This document shows positions 52,689 through 63,129 of a stretch of 64,000 bases of DNA, piece after piece. How positions within the stretch are numbered: the stretch's first letter is position 1; each line of letters opens with the position of its first letter. The notes under the pieces were generated by a model. The model made no database searches, had not been told where the DNA came from, and saw only the letters and a list, made by a program, of their open reading frames with translations. The DNA is from Mobula hypostoma. Taxonomy: Eukaryota. Both the position numbers and the translations under genes were made by a program. Where the stretch lies: NCBI RefSeq assembly GCF_963921235.1, contig NC_086097.1:171308001-171372000 (forward strand), written 5' to 3'.

Positions 52689-52865
52689 ATGGCGAAGTGG
52701 TGGGTGCTGATGGCAATGGTGATGACACTGATCTGTGGTGGGAGGTTCTATAACATGTTCCTGTGGATGGCGTGTAAATATGCAAACAGAACCAATGTGT
52801 CGGACTGCTGGACTTCAATGAGAACTCTGCCCTACACAGCAGAAGGAATCCCATTAAAACCAATC
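52689..52865 (+). pseudogene. env: Retroviral env N-terminus (signal peptide and start of SU), truncated
   Basis: MAKWWVLMAMVMTLICGGRFYNMFLWMACKYANRTNVSDCWTSMRTLPYTAEGIPLKPI; acceptor-like tctccctacactgcag just before the ATG. Confidence 0.72.
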
Positions 52866-54599
52866 TTCTGTGGTCTGATCAATGATTTATCGAACCTCAG
52901 CATTACATCCTTGTTTTTATATTCGAGTCTTCTTGAAATGAATGCTAACACTGCATTTGTGCTGCTTGCTGCTGACTCAAACTGCATATTAACTTTTAGG
53001 AATCCTGCACTTCTCCTCTTTTACCTCTGATCTCAGAAATTACTCCATGTTTAGAAAATAGCTTATGACATTATTCCTCCTTGTTATGTGCATGGCCAGA
53101 CACTACCCAAAACTGTATTTGAAATTGGTCGATTTAATGTTAAGTTCCAAAATCTGTAAAGTCCTGTTCAGTGTGTTTCCATTGGGCCCCATTGGAACAG
53201 TGTAGAAACCCAGTGACTGCAAAGTCAGAGTGAGAACTGACAACAGACACTGGACTCTGGAGCCACAGACTGCTGGAGGAACTCAGCAAGTCAAGCAGCA
53301 TCTGTAGAGTTAAATGGCCAGTCGATGTTTTGGGTCAAGACCCTTTGTTTAACTCAAATAAACAGAAACCAGAAACCTCAGAAGATCATCAGTGAGGGAG
53401 GGTATTACAGAACCTCTGATGGAGAGAGCAGGAAAGGTTCTTCAAATTCAGCGTACCGTGAAGAAACGTCACAGTGAAGTAGTACAATAGGGACACAAGA
53501 GACTGTAGATAATGGATCTGCAGCAACAAGCAAATTACTGAAGGAAGCCAGTGAATCAGGCAGCATCTGTGGAGAGAAACAGAAAATCAGCATTTTGGGT
53601 TCAAACTCTTCATTTGATAATTAAAGTGACAAGAACCGCAGGGTAAATTGTAAGGAGGTACCCTACAGAGTGGTGGTCTGTTTGGTCACTGAGTACATAG
53701 GAAGCTGAGGCTGAACCATTTTGCAACACAAAGAATGAAGGTATTAGATACAAAATGTGCAATATATCAGCCCTGATCTAACTGAATGATAACTTGAAGG
53801 CTATTCCTGGCGTACTCCAGCTCCCATCCCTCTTCTTTCTGAGGTTTGTGGGTATTTGGCAGTCAATCAAAAACTGTGATTTGTAAGGCTTGGTTGTGGA
53901 AGTGTCTGGGACAATGACAAATAGAGGGAGTTAAGACACATATTGGCACAATTGAAATGAATGAGGAGACACTCTTGTGGTTTTGCTTCTGTTCCAAAGG
54001 TTAACTTGAGAAACAGTAGACCACTAACCCTCCTAACATCTGCAACAAATCATTAGAAATAACGAGAAGAAAGGGTATGAGTGTTAATACCATTTTAATT
54101 GCTTTAAATATAAATGGAATTATGTATCACTAGTAATGCCTCATTGCAGAGACTCTTAGAATTCAGTCAGATTCTACGACCAATACTTAAATGCTGGGCT
54201 CTGGATTGTTTGAGAAAATAAAAATGATTATTTCCATCTTCATTCATGACTTACTAACAATCTCTTGGTCACAGACAGTTTTAAACTCGTGATTTCAAAG
54301 AATGCAATTTATTTAAGGGAATGGGAAGAAGACATAAATCCAATGGTAACTCATCAGCTGTAATAATCCTTTGGTATTTGTCATGTCACTAAAGAGCCTT
54401 GCAGGCAGCATAAATTTACATGGGGTAAGGAAGGTATTATAGTATTAAGAGCAGAGATTCCAATTAAGTGCACACAGCAGAGCAGCTTAGAAAATGTACA
54501 ACGAGGAAGAAATTCAAAGGGTCAAATCAGCCTCCTTGTAAATCTCCAATCATAATTGGGGATTATGTGCCTTGGTCATGTTCAGTTAGTTTCAGTCTT

Positions 54600-54778
54600 G
54601 GTTCTGACTCAATGTTAGACATTCAAATCCCAGCAGAGAGGTTTGTGTACTAAAAAAAATCTAGGTTGAATGTCAAGTGACTGTGACGCCGTCTTCTGTA
54701 GTTAATGTCTGCCTCTCAGGTGAGTGTGAAGAAACCTGAAAGCAATAAAGAGAAGGGAGAAGGGCAGTTCTCTGGTGC
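54600..54778 (+). mobile_element. Deu-domain SINE remnant (SacSINE1/AmnSINE1-like)
   Basis: ttcaaatccc...aaaatctaggttga...gccgtctt...gtctgcctctcaggtg...gggcagttctctggtg. Confidence 0.5.
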
Positions 54779-54781
54779 AGT

Positions 54782-55210
54782 AAAACAAGCTGCTGGAGGA
54801 GCCCAGTGGGCCAGGCAGAGTCCATGGGAGGGAAATGGACCACTGCTGTTTCAGACTGAGGCCATTCACCTGGTTTGAAACAGTAGACGGGAGATGGTAT
54901 GGATAAACAGGTAATGGGATGGAAGATGTGGCAAGCGATGGATGATGCAGGCAAGGAGAGGTTGAAATGCAGCTGCAGTCAAATAGGGGAGGGAAGGGTG
55001 GAGAGAGGATAAAGAGCTTGCAGGTAATAGCTGGAGGCAGGTGGTGGAATCTGATAGGACAGGGAGGTGGAACATGGAACCAAATAAATGAGGTATGGAG
55101 ATAAGATGAAGAGAGTACATGAACGGGGCCCAACGGGAGAAGTATTCGGGTAATAAACTGATAGAGTGGATGGAGGAATTCGGTGACAGAGGGCTGCGGT
55201 TACAAAGAAG
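54782..55210 (-). mobile_element. Penelope-like element 3'UTR/terminal repeat
   Basis: Purine-rich reverse copy of the PLE UTR, starting aacaagctgctggaggag. Confidence 0.6.
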
Positions 55211-55599
55211 GGTGTATGCATGAGAGGACCTGAGTTGATCAGAAAGGGTGAGAAAGAGACAGTATTTTATGGTCAGTATTTACCCCTCAGGGGACATCAT
55301 TTGCATGCCCTGTGTTGAATCGCTGCACTTTGACACAAAGCAGCTCATCAGCTGTAATGTATGAGTTAAAATGTATGTGATGCTGAGAGGGATTGACAGG
55401 AAGATGCCAAGGAGATGTTTCCTTTGTCTGGAGACTAGACTTGGAGGATATAATCTCAGGGCTAGTGTCGACCATTTGGGAGTAAAACTGGAGCAAGGCT
55501 CCTTGAATTCCATTCATTAGCAAAGAATCATGCAGAAATACAGCACAGAAACTGCTCGTACAGCCCACCAGACTGCACCATCTTGTTACTTGTTACATA

Positions 55600-55835
55600 C
55601 ACCTGTTAGGGTGCATCCTCCAGATACTTTATAAGGTAACCATAGCCTTCAGCCAGGAGCAGGTGTCATCAGGTGATTCCCATCCTTCACCGAGTGTTTC
55701 AACCCTTAACCACGACACTCTCCAGTTGGTGGGCCAGCAGTGGTGGCCAAATCACGGTCCATCTGTTCCTGGCTTCCAGCTTCCCTCCTCTCGCCTACTC
55801 CAAATCCAACAAGAGGCTCGTTCTGCCTCTTCCCC
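55600..55835 (-). mobile_element. RLE-type (HERO/R2-Hero-like) non-LTR element 3' end
   Basis: Minus strand reads GEEAERASCWIWSRREEGSWKPG (AERAS.W.W motif), followed by a HERO-like 3'UTR. Confidence 0.55.
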
Positions 55836-55964
55836 CATCCTAGGATTGAGGAATAAGGATAAACCTCAATGCCATATACATGATTTAGGAATTTAAGAAT
55901 TTGTGTTGGTTGTGGTGTGAAATGCGGCCTAAAGAGATTAAAGAATGGATATAGAATATGGAAT

Positions 55965-56510
55965 CAAGCAGTTTTGGGCCCCTTACCGAATAAAGTATGT
56001 GCTGGATTTGGAGAGGGTTCAAAGGCCATTCATGAGAATGATTCTGGGAATGGAAGGGATATCATATGAGGAGCACTTGATGGCTCTGTGCCTGTGCTCG
56101 CTGGACTTTAGCAGAATGAGGGGGATTCCCATTGAAGCCTATCAAATGATGAACGGCCCAGAGAGAGTGGATATGGAGAGGATGGTTCCTATAGTGTGGA
56201 AGTCCAGGACAAGATGGCACAGCATCAGAATGTAAGGGCATCATTTAGAACTGAGATGAGGAAGAATTTCTTTAGCCAGAGGGTGATGAATCTGTGGAAC
56301 TCATCGCCACAGATGGCTGTAGAGGCCAGGTCATTTTGTGCATTTAAGGCGGAGGTTGAGATTCTTGATAAGCCAGGGTGTGAAAGGTTATGGGGATAAG
56401 GGAGGAGAATGATTTTGAGAGGGAAATAGATCAGCCATGATCAAATGGTGCAGCAGACTTGATGGACTGAATGGCCTAATTCTACTCCTATGTCTTATGA
56501 TTTTATGGAA
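55965..56510 (+). mobile_element. CR1 3' fragment
   Basis: QFWAPY...LERVQRPFMRMILG...FFSQRVMNLWNS; CR1 3'UTR. Confidence 0.85.
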
Positions 56511-56769
56511 TAAATGTACATGAATACGTAAATACCAGTGAGTATTTACAATGTAAACATCATTATAAAATGTGGTTTAATGTGTTTACAATGCAGTGCA
56601 GTGACTGCAGTAATAGTTAGAAGAGTGTGGTGGTCTAACCAGAATGGCTGATTAGATAAACTGCCTGGAGGAAGAAACTTAAGATGGCATGAAGCTTTTG
56701 TTTTGTTTTTGTTGAAGGGAGATTTTGTTTTGTTTTTGTTGAAAGGAGATTTTGAAAAAGGCATTTTAC

Positions 56770-57050
56770 AGGGTGGGTCGTGTCCATCTCCCCCACCCCC
56801 ACTATTTATACTGATCCAACATTATTCCCATTCTTCTCTGCCCATATCCTCAGCTCCACCCAGATTCTACCACTCACGTCCATGAGTAGTGGCCATTTAA
56901 CATACAGACTCATATCTTTGGCATTTGGGAGGAAACCAGAGCTCCCAGAGGAGACCCATGCACACACAGCAAAAATGTGTAGTTTCCACACAGAAGTTGG
57001 TCTGAAAACATGTGAGTGCTGTGAGGCAGTGGCTGTGCCGGCCGCCCCAT
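56770..57050 (-). mobile_element. V-SINE (HE1-like)
   Basis: gggaggaaaccagagctcccagaggagacccatg V-domain, reverse strand. Confidence 0.6.
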
Positions 57051-57299
57051 GGTATAGCTCTTCATTCAATTCGTGTTAGATCTGTGCTTAAGTAAGTACT
57101 CAAATCAGTATAGGCAGTATGTTGCAGCTCATGGGCTATGGATCTAATATGCCCACTCTTCAATAGATATAGCAGCACACTTGGGTGCAGTGACTTCTAC
57201 TGGGTCAATGAAAGGTGTTATTGTCCTTTTAAATGTATTTTCTATGATCACAAGATATTCCATGCAGGAATGCTGCAAGTCCAATTCATTGGTTTATCA

Positions 57300-57725
57300 G
57301 TGAATGGCGGGGGAGCTTCATGGCCTCGGTCATAGCAAGGACCAGGCCTCAAGCCTCAGTGTCGCCTGTTCGCAGCTACTCAGGCATCGGAGTTAGGCAC
57401 TGCACCGGAATGCTGGAGGTAGTGTGGCGTGGTGTCCATGCTAGAGTCAGCGGTGCTCCCAGTGTTCAACTGGCAGAAGTCAAGCTGTAGTGTTTTGGAC
57501 TACAGACTATTGCAGTGGGCTCAGGAACTTGGATTATATTTCTTTCTGTGATTACTATCTTAAATGTGCTGGCTATCTTATACATGTTATATGTCCCTTG
57601 TGCTGTGTATGACTGTTAGTATTGTGTTTTGCACCTTGGCCCTGGACTAATGCTATTTCATCTGGCTGTATTCGTGCACATTGATGTATGGTTGAATGAC
57701 AATTATACTTCAGCTTGAACCTGAA
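57300..57725 (+). mobile_element. Non-autonomous LINE-dependent retroelement
   Basis: 5' aatggcgg, 3' gttgaatgacaatta...cttgaac tail; architecture like 21409-22075. Confidence 0.5.
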
Positions 57726-58407
57726 ATGGAGTGAATTTCAATCGAACTACATGCAACAGGGCAATGAGATGTGTAGCTTCAAAGAGCATAAAAAACAAGA
57801 AATTTCTGAAATATAAGATGGAACAATACCCATTAACTATTGCAAATAGTAACAATTGTACATTGTTGGCAAACATTCTCGAGAACTTTTAACTTAAAAA
57901 TTTGTCATTACCTCCTTAGTTCTTGTCTTTTGGCATATTCTGGGTCAGTATAATTGTGTTAGTAGCTGTATATATTACACCCCCCCCCACTAATGCCGGC
58001 AAGGCACTGCATGCACTCTACAGCACCATCAGTGACTTTCAATCCAAAAACCCTGATGGTATCTTCATTGTCGCTGGTGACTTTAACCATGCAAACCTAA
58101 AAACAGTCCTGCCGAAATTTCACCAGCATGTTGGTTTTGCTACAAGAAGCAAGTGAGGCTCCTTCCCCCCGTCTTAACTGCATTTTTCAGGAGAACCATT
58201 GAGAGTGTCCTGGCAAGTTACATCTCCATTTGGTATGGAAACAGCAGGAAGAAGGTACAGGGGCCTTATAGTCTGTGAGCCAGTAGGGTTGGTCGGTACG
58301 ATCCGAGGGAAATAATGCTCATAGTGATTTTTGGCAAGGTATACATCTCTAGAGTTAGAAAATATGTGACAGCTTTATTACTTCAAAGAAGTAATCACTT
58401 TTTGTAT

Positions 58408-59267
58408 TGTTACGTACCCCGTAACTGGGTTGCCAAACCAGCAGAAATGGATCACTCAGTTGGAGTCTGGAGTACTAGAACTAAGAAAGTTTTATTAAAG
58501 AAACAAGCAACACAGTAATCGAAAGGATAATAAATGCAACAATTCAACAATGATAACCACACATGTGCACAGAATTAAGATAACAGCATCAATCAAGCTC
58601 TATCGTTGTCTAGGGGTAAATGACCAATTTCAAAATGACTCAAAGTTCAGTCCAGTTAGTAGTTCAGTTCGCAGTAATCGTTGCCATGGCGATGGACAAG
58701 GTGGGGGAAGAGAGACATAGAATAGGAACAACTGATCATTCAGAATGGCTTCACTCACAGACCAGCGAGATGGCTCACAAACAGCATTTGGGGCGGGTCC
58801 TTGGTGATGTCACCTGAGGTCACCGACTGTGACCCCTCCTCCAGATGCGGTCGATCCTCTGCAGTGAACCCGGCACCCAGGCAAGGGCGGACACACACCG
58901 GGTTCCCGCTGATCGTACCTTTCCACCCTTGTCGTTGTCTGGCACTTCTCACCCACTCGTGAGAGGCGCACCGCTTCCAGGGTCTCGTTACCTCGGGTGG
59001 CGTGTGTGTCTGTCTTAGCGAACCTGTCCCTTTTTATCCCCCTGCTGGGGTATCGCCTGTCCATCACTTCAAACAGTTCAGGGTTCAAAGGGAGGAGCCG
59101 CTCCAGACAGCTCTCTCTCCCACATCCCTTCATTACACAACTCCAGACGCTGCTCCATTGTTCCTTATCTCTCCTTCCCCTGAGGGCAGGTGGCAGACCA
59201 ACTGCTGATGCCACTGATGCTAGCCCAGGCCAGCAAACATCTTAATTTTATGTGTATTCTCGTAACA
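58408..59267 (-). repeat. Solo LTR (860 bp) inserted in the Academ element
   Basis: tgttacg...cgtaaca termini; gtat TSD (58404-58407, 59268-59271); aataaa on the minus strand; CpG still abundant. Confidence 0.8.
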
Positions 59268-59645
59268 GTATATATTCCAGATTAACATCAGTACAGCAGA
59301 AAATGTTACCCCCCCCCCAAAAGGTAAAAAACCTCATTTGGAAAGATTTCTGGAGTTTTATCAATGTCATGATATTTTCCATATTGTATCAAATCAAAAC
59401 AATCTTAAGCTTTTGTCATAGCATATAGAATTACAGTACAATAATTCAAATGTGGAGTTCTACATGGCCATAACCTAGGCCCCATTTGGTTGTAAAATGA
59501 ATATATAAACGTATTTAATCAAAGACTGCTTTCCATATTTTGTTTTCCATACTTTCATAACCTATTAATAATCATAATAATTTTCCAAGTCTTCCACATC
59601 TTCCACCTCTTCATCTGAACTTTCCACACTCTCTGAGGTGGATGC

Positions 59646-61790
59646 CTAGTTCTCACAGTCTGCCAGTCTACACATGTCAGTACACCTGAGGCCATTTGCA
59701 ACACACATACATCTTGCGAGTGAACATTTTTTTGGACAGTTACAGGCCAGTAGATCCCGGATGGCATCGGGTGCTGGCTGGCCTTCCATCCAGTGCACTA
59801 CCAACTGTTCAGCTTCCTCTTCTCTCTCCATCTTCCATCCTCTGCCAACAGGGCTTGGCACTTGTGCGTCCTTCTCCAAACATCTTCTCCATGTACCAGC
59901 CTGGTAGTTGGCATGCTGTGCATGTTTTGTTAAGCAGTCCTTGCATGGTGGGAGTTGATGACTTTCGATTCCACCTTTTTTGGCACAGTAAAGGTGATAC
60001 CTGAGCCCATCGACCTTGGTGGTCGACGCTTTTGGGGCATACAGGAGACATGTAAGTGTCTCCAGTTTGTCCATCAGCTCTGGGGAGAGGTCCCATTCCT
60101 GTCCTAACTCTGAGAATGTGTCCTGAGTTTCCCTGCTGCTGATCAGTCAGAAGTTTTAGGGCACTTGTCTTCCCTTTGCCTGCAAAAGCACCTACAGTGT
60201 CATATCCTGTATATGTGTGCAACCCGATGAGAGCCCTACAAACCTCTATGCCAACAGTGGTAGCAACCTTCCTAATGTCTACAAGCCTTGTACAGGTTCT
60301 AGTGCCACACTTCTGGAACAATGGGGCCTCAATCCTGTCACAAAATGCTAAAGACATGAAAAAGACTTCTGTGTCTTCTGAGCAGACCACTACAGATTGG
60401 TATCCCTCTCTTGTGGCATGGGCAGCATGGAGAAGTAGGTGGCCATCTGCTTCTTCTTGTTGACCCGGAAGAGCTGACACCTCCTCACTGTCTTGAGACG
60501 TGATTCTGTAACATTTGTCATTCACAGTTGCATACAGAATCTTCTCCTGTAGCTTTGCTCTGTACTCCGCCTTCCTCCATTCATGGACTATGAAGCTAAT
60601 GAGACTATTTTTGTTACTGACTTTGGTCAGCGAGCTCATTCACTGCCTCACCATCCGTGTGCCTGTGATACCTTGCAAGTCATGACCAGTCTCTTCATCC
60701 CGTAGAGATCTTTCACTATTCTTTATAGAGTTCTCCTTGTATGTGTCAAACACAACATTGATTCTGCTACTCTGACTGCCTTCCCTCAGAGCCATACCCA
60801 GAATTGTCACAGCAACATCTCTGAAAGTAATTTGATCACCTTTCACTCTTTGGACCAAGTTTATTCCATCAATGACTGTAGCAGAGTTTCCTGGGAGTTG
60901 CTCTTCTACTGCTACATTTTTCTGCAAGGTTGTGGCTTTATTTGTCTTTCTCAGCAATCCTTCTGGTGTGGACAGGGCCCAAGGCAATGGTCCAAGGGGA
61001 TGAGAAAGGATATCCTCCATACGTAGACTGCGCCCTTGTGCCATCACTATGATATGCATCCAAACAAAGACCTGTCTGCTTTCAAGATGATCGCCCTCCC
61101 ATTTGATTTCACTTCTCTCTTCTTACACATATCACTGAATGTTTTCAGCTTGTTGGTTTTCACTGGGTCATGGAATTTCTTTGCTGGTGGGTCTTCCTCT
61201 AGCCTCTCATCCTTGAAGGTTGCTTAGCATTGCTCACCAATCACATATGCCTTCATCAGGTCGGAGGCAACATCCTTGGGGCTGCCTTTGGCATAGAGAT
61301 GCTAATGAGGTCCCAATTCTCTGCAAATGGGTTGACCATTCATGTATGAAGCTAACCACTGCTGAAACTACTTCCTCAACTTTCTGGATTCTTGACCGCT
61401 GCAGCTCCGCATGACAAAGCTCTGATTTGTTGCCTTGCACCATCTCCGTTAACTGTCCCACTGCGGTGTTCAGCTGTTATGTCGTAACGCTTGATAGCTC
61501 CAGCATTCAGGCTGAACCGTGATGTACCTCCAGGAGTCTGTGTGTGTCTTTGTTCACTGTGGCTTCAATAGCCTGGTCCACAGGGATCTGCCCAAAGGGG
61601 TTGTTACTTGACAGTTGCACTGAGAATTGGCCTGTCTTGAAGCCCTCACACACAGAAGGATTCTTCTCTGGGAGGTTCATCATCTGAGCAAAGTAAGGGG
61701 ACAGGTACCTGGCATAATTCATCTTACCATAGGCAAAGCACCATGGGACCATGGTTCTTATAGCATGGAGGTTACCATGCAAGCTACCAC
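59646..61790 (-). pseudogene. Academ transposase - XPG/FEN1-like nuclease - Cys-rich tail, frameshifted
   Basis: FAYGKMNYARYL...DQAIEATVNKD; VIDG, VVFDTY..NSIK, EEADGHLLLHA, SEDTEV, HTYTGYDTVGAFAGKGK; CNCPKKCSLARCMCVANGLRCTDMC. Confidence 0.85.
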
Positions 61791-63129
61791 TGCTGCAATG
61801 TTATCACATATTTTCTAGCACTAGGGGTGTATACCTTGCCAAAAATCATGATAAGGATTATTTCCCCCAGATGGAACCGGTGGCCCAAATTTGGGGTCCT
61901 AGTTCATGGACTATTAGGATTCATGCCACTGAGTTCAGGAATAGTTACTACCCCTCAGTCTTCAAGCTCTTGAACCAGAAGGGATAACTTCACTCAACTT
62001 CGTTTGCTGCATCACTGAACTGTTTCCACATCCCAAGGACTCACTATCAAGGACTCTTCATCTCATGTTCTTGATATTTATTGCTTATTTATTTTTTTCT
62101 TTTGTATTTGCACAGTTCGTTGTCTTTTACATATTGTTTGTCTGTCCCGTTGGGTGTGGTCTTTCACTTTGTGTCTGTTAGATTTATTGTGTATGCCTGC
62201 AAGAAAATTAATTTCAGGGTTGTATATGGTGATATATATGCACTGTAAATACTTTGATAATAAATTTACTCTGAACTTTTCTCTGTTGCTCCCCAAGACG
62301 CTGGAATTTGATGTTCTCAGTGGTTTTCCTGTCTCTCCGGCTTCATCTCGGCTACAGTGTAATAAGCCTTCACCTGTACTCCTAAACCTGAGGTGACCTG
62401 TATCTTCAGAAGCTCTCATCACCTCCATGTAACTGTAAGGAAGCCAGCTCATCCTGAGCCAGATTCTGACCGTGGGAAGCGTACTTGTTCCTGAGGGGTT
62501 TTGATAGTGTGGATGTGGAGAAGATGTAGATATGAATAAGAAGCATTTGTTCCCTTGAACGTGTTCCATCATTTAATGACTGACCTAACTGCAACCTCAA
62601 CACTATATTTCAGTCTACCTGTGGTGAATTTTCATGCAACAAGCTATCTCTAACTTAAATTATTCACAAATTGTTACCAACATCAGTAGTAAGGAATGAA
62701 AAAAATTAATGCAATTATGTGGGTCCCCTGGAATCAGAAATATACTTGTAACTGAAATGACAGAATAATTAAACAAATATTTTTGTTTAGTTTTCAAATA
62801 ATTGTTAAGGGACCAGAATCAAGAATCACCATCATGTATAATATCACCAGCATATGTTGTGAAATTTGTAAACGATGTGACAGCAGTACAATGCAATAGA
62901 TGATACTATAGAAAAAAACTGTGATTTATGTCCATTTAGGAATCATATGGCAGAGGGGAAGAAGCTGTTCCTGAATTGCTGAGTATGTGCCTTCAGGCTT
63001 CTGTACCTCCTTCCTGACGGCAGCAATGAGAAGAAGGCACCAGGGATCTAATGGGGAGAAGGTGATTGGAGGAGTTGTGAACAGTATTAGCGAATATTGT
63101 GGGATATAGAACCCTTATAGATTTGGGAA

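Larger units (their letters stand above)
49100..52865 (+). mobile_element. Degraded class III (ERV-L/ERV-S-like) endogenous retrovirus, gag-pol-env remnant, no LTRs recognised
   Basis: Collinear ERV-L-type pol motifs plus an env N-terminus; 5' boundary approximate; 3' end cut by a CR1 fragment at 52866-53120. Confidence 0.88.
58269..61913 (-). mobile_element. AcademX DNA transposon (5'-internally deleted)
   Basis: TAG...CTA termini with imperfect TIR tagtctgtgagccag / ctagttcatggacta; 3-bp TSD tta (58266-58268, 61914-61916); transposase and XPG remnants. Confidence 0.82.
57920..62278 (+). mobile_element. Rex1/Babar LINE remnant split by the Academ insertion (57920-58268 and 61914-62278)
   Basis: APE motif AVYITPP...VAGDFNHANLK; the tail ggtacaggggcc-tta resumes as tta-ggattcatgccactgagttcaggaatag after 61913. 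Confidence 0.8.

Noticed and set aside
52866..53030. C-terminal half of the 121-aa ORF 52665-53030 as env
   Set aside because: It is read-through into antisense CR1 sequence, not viral.
55660..55730. GAAAC and CTGATGA motifs in the HERO-like 3'UTR (minus strand) as a hammerhead
   Set aside because: The order of the GUC, GAAA and CUGAUGA elements and the helices does not fit a hammerhead topology.
56695..56755. Short tandem duplication ttttgtttt(g/t)tttttgttgaa(g/a)ggagatttt
   Set aside because: Ordinary slippage duplication.
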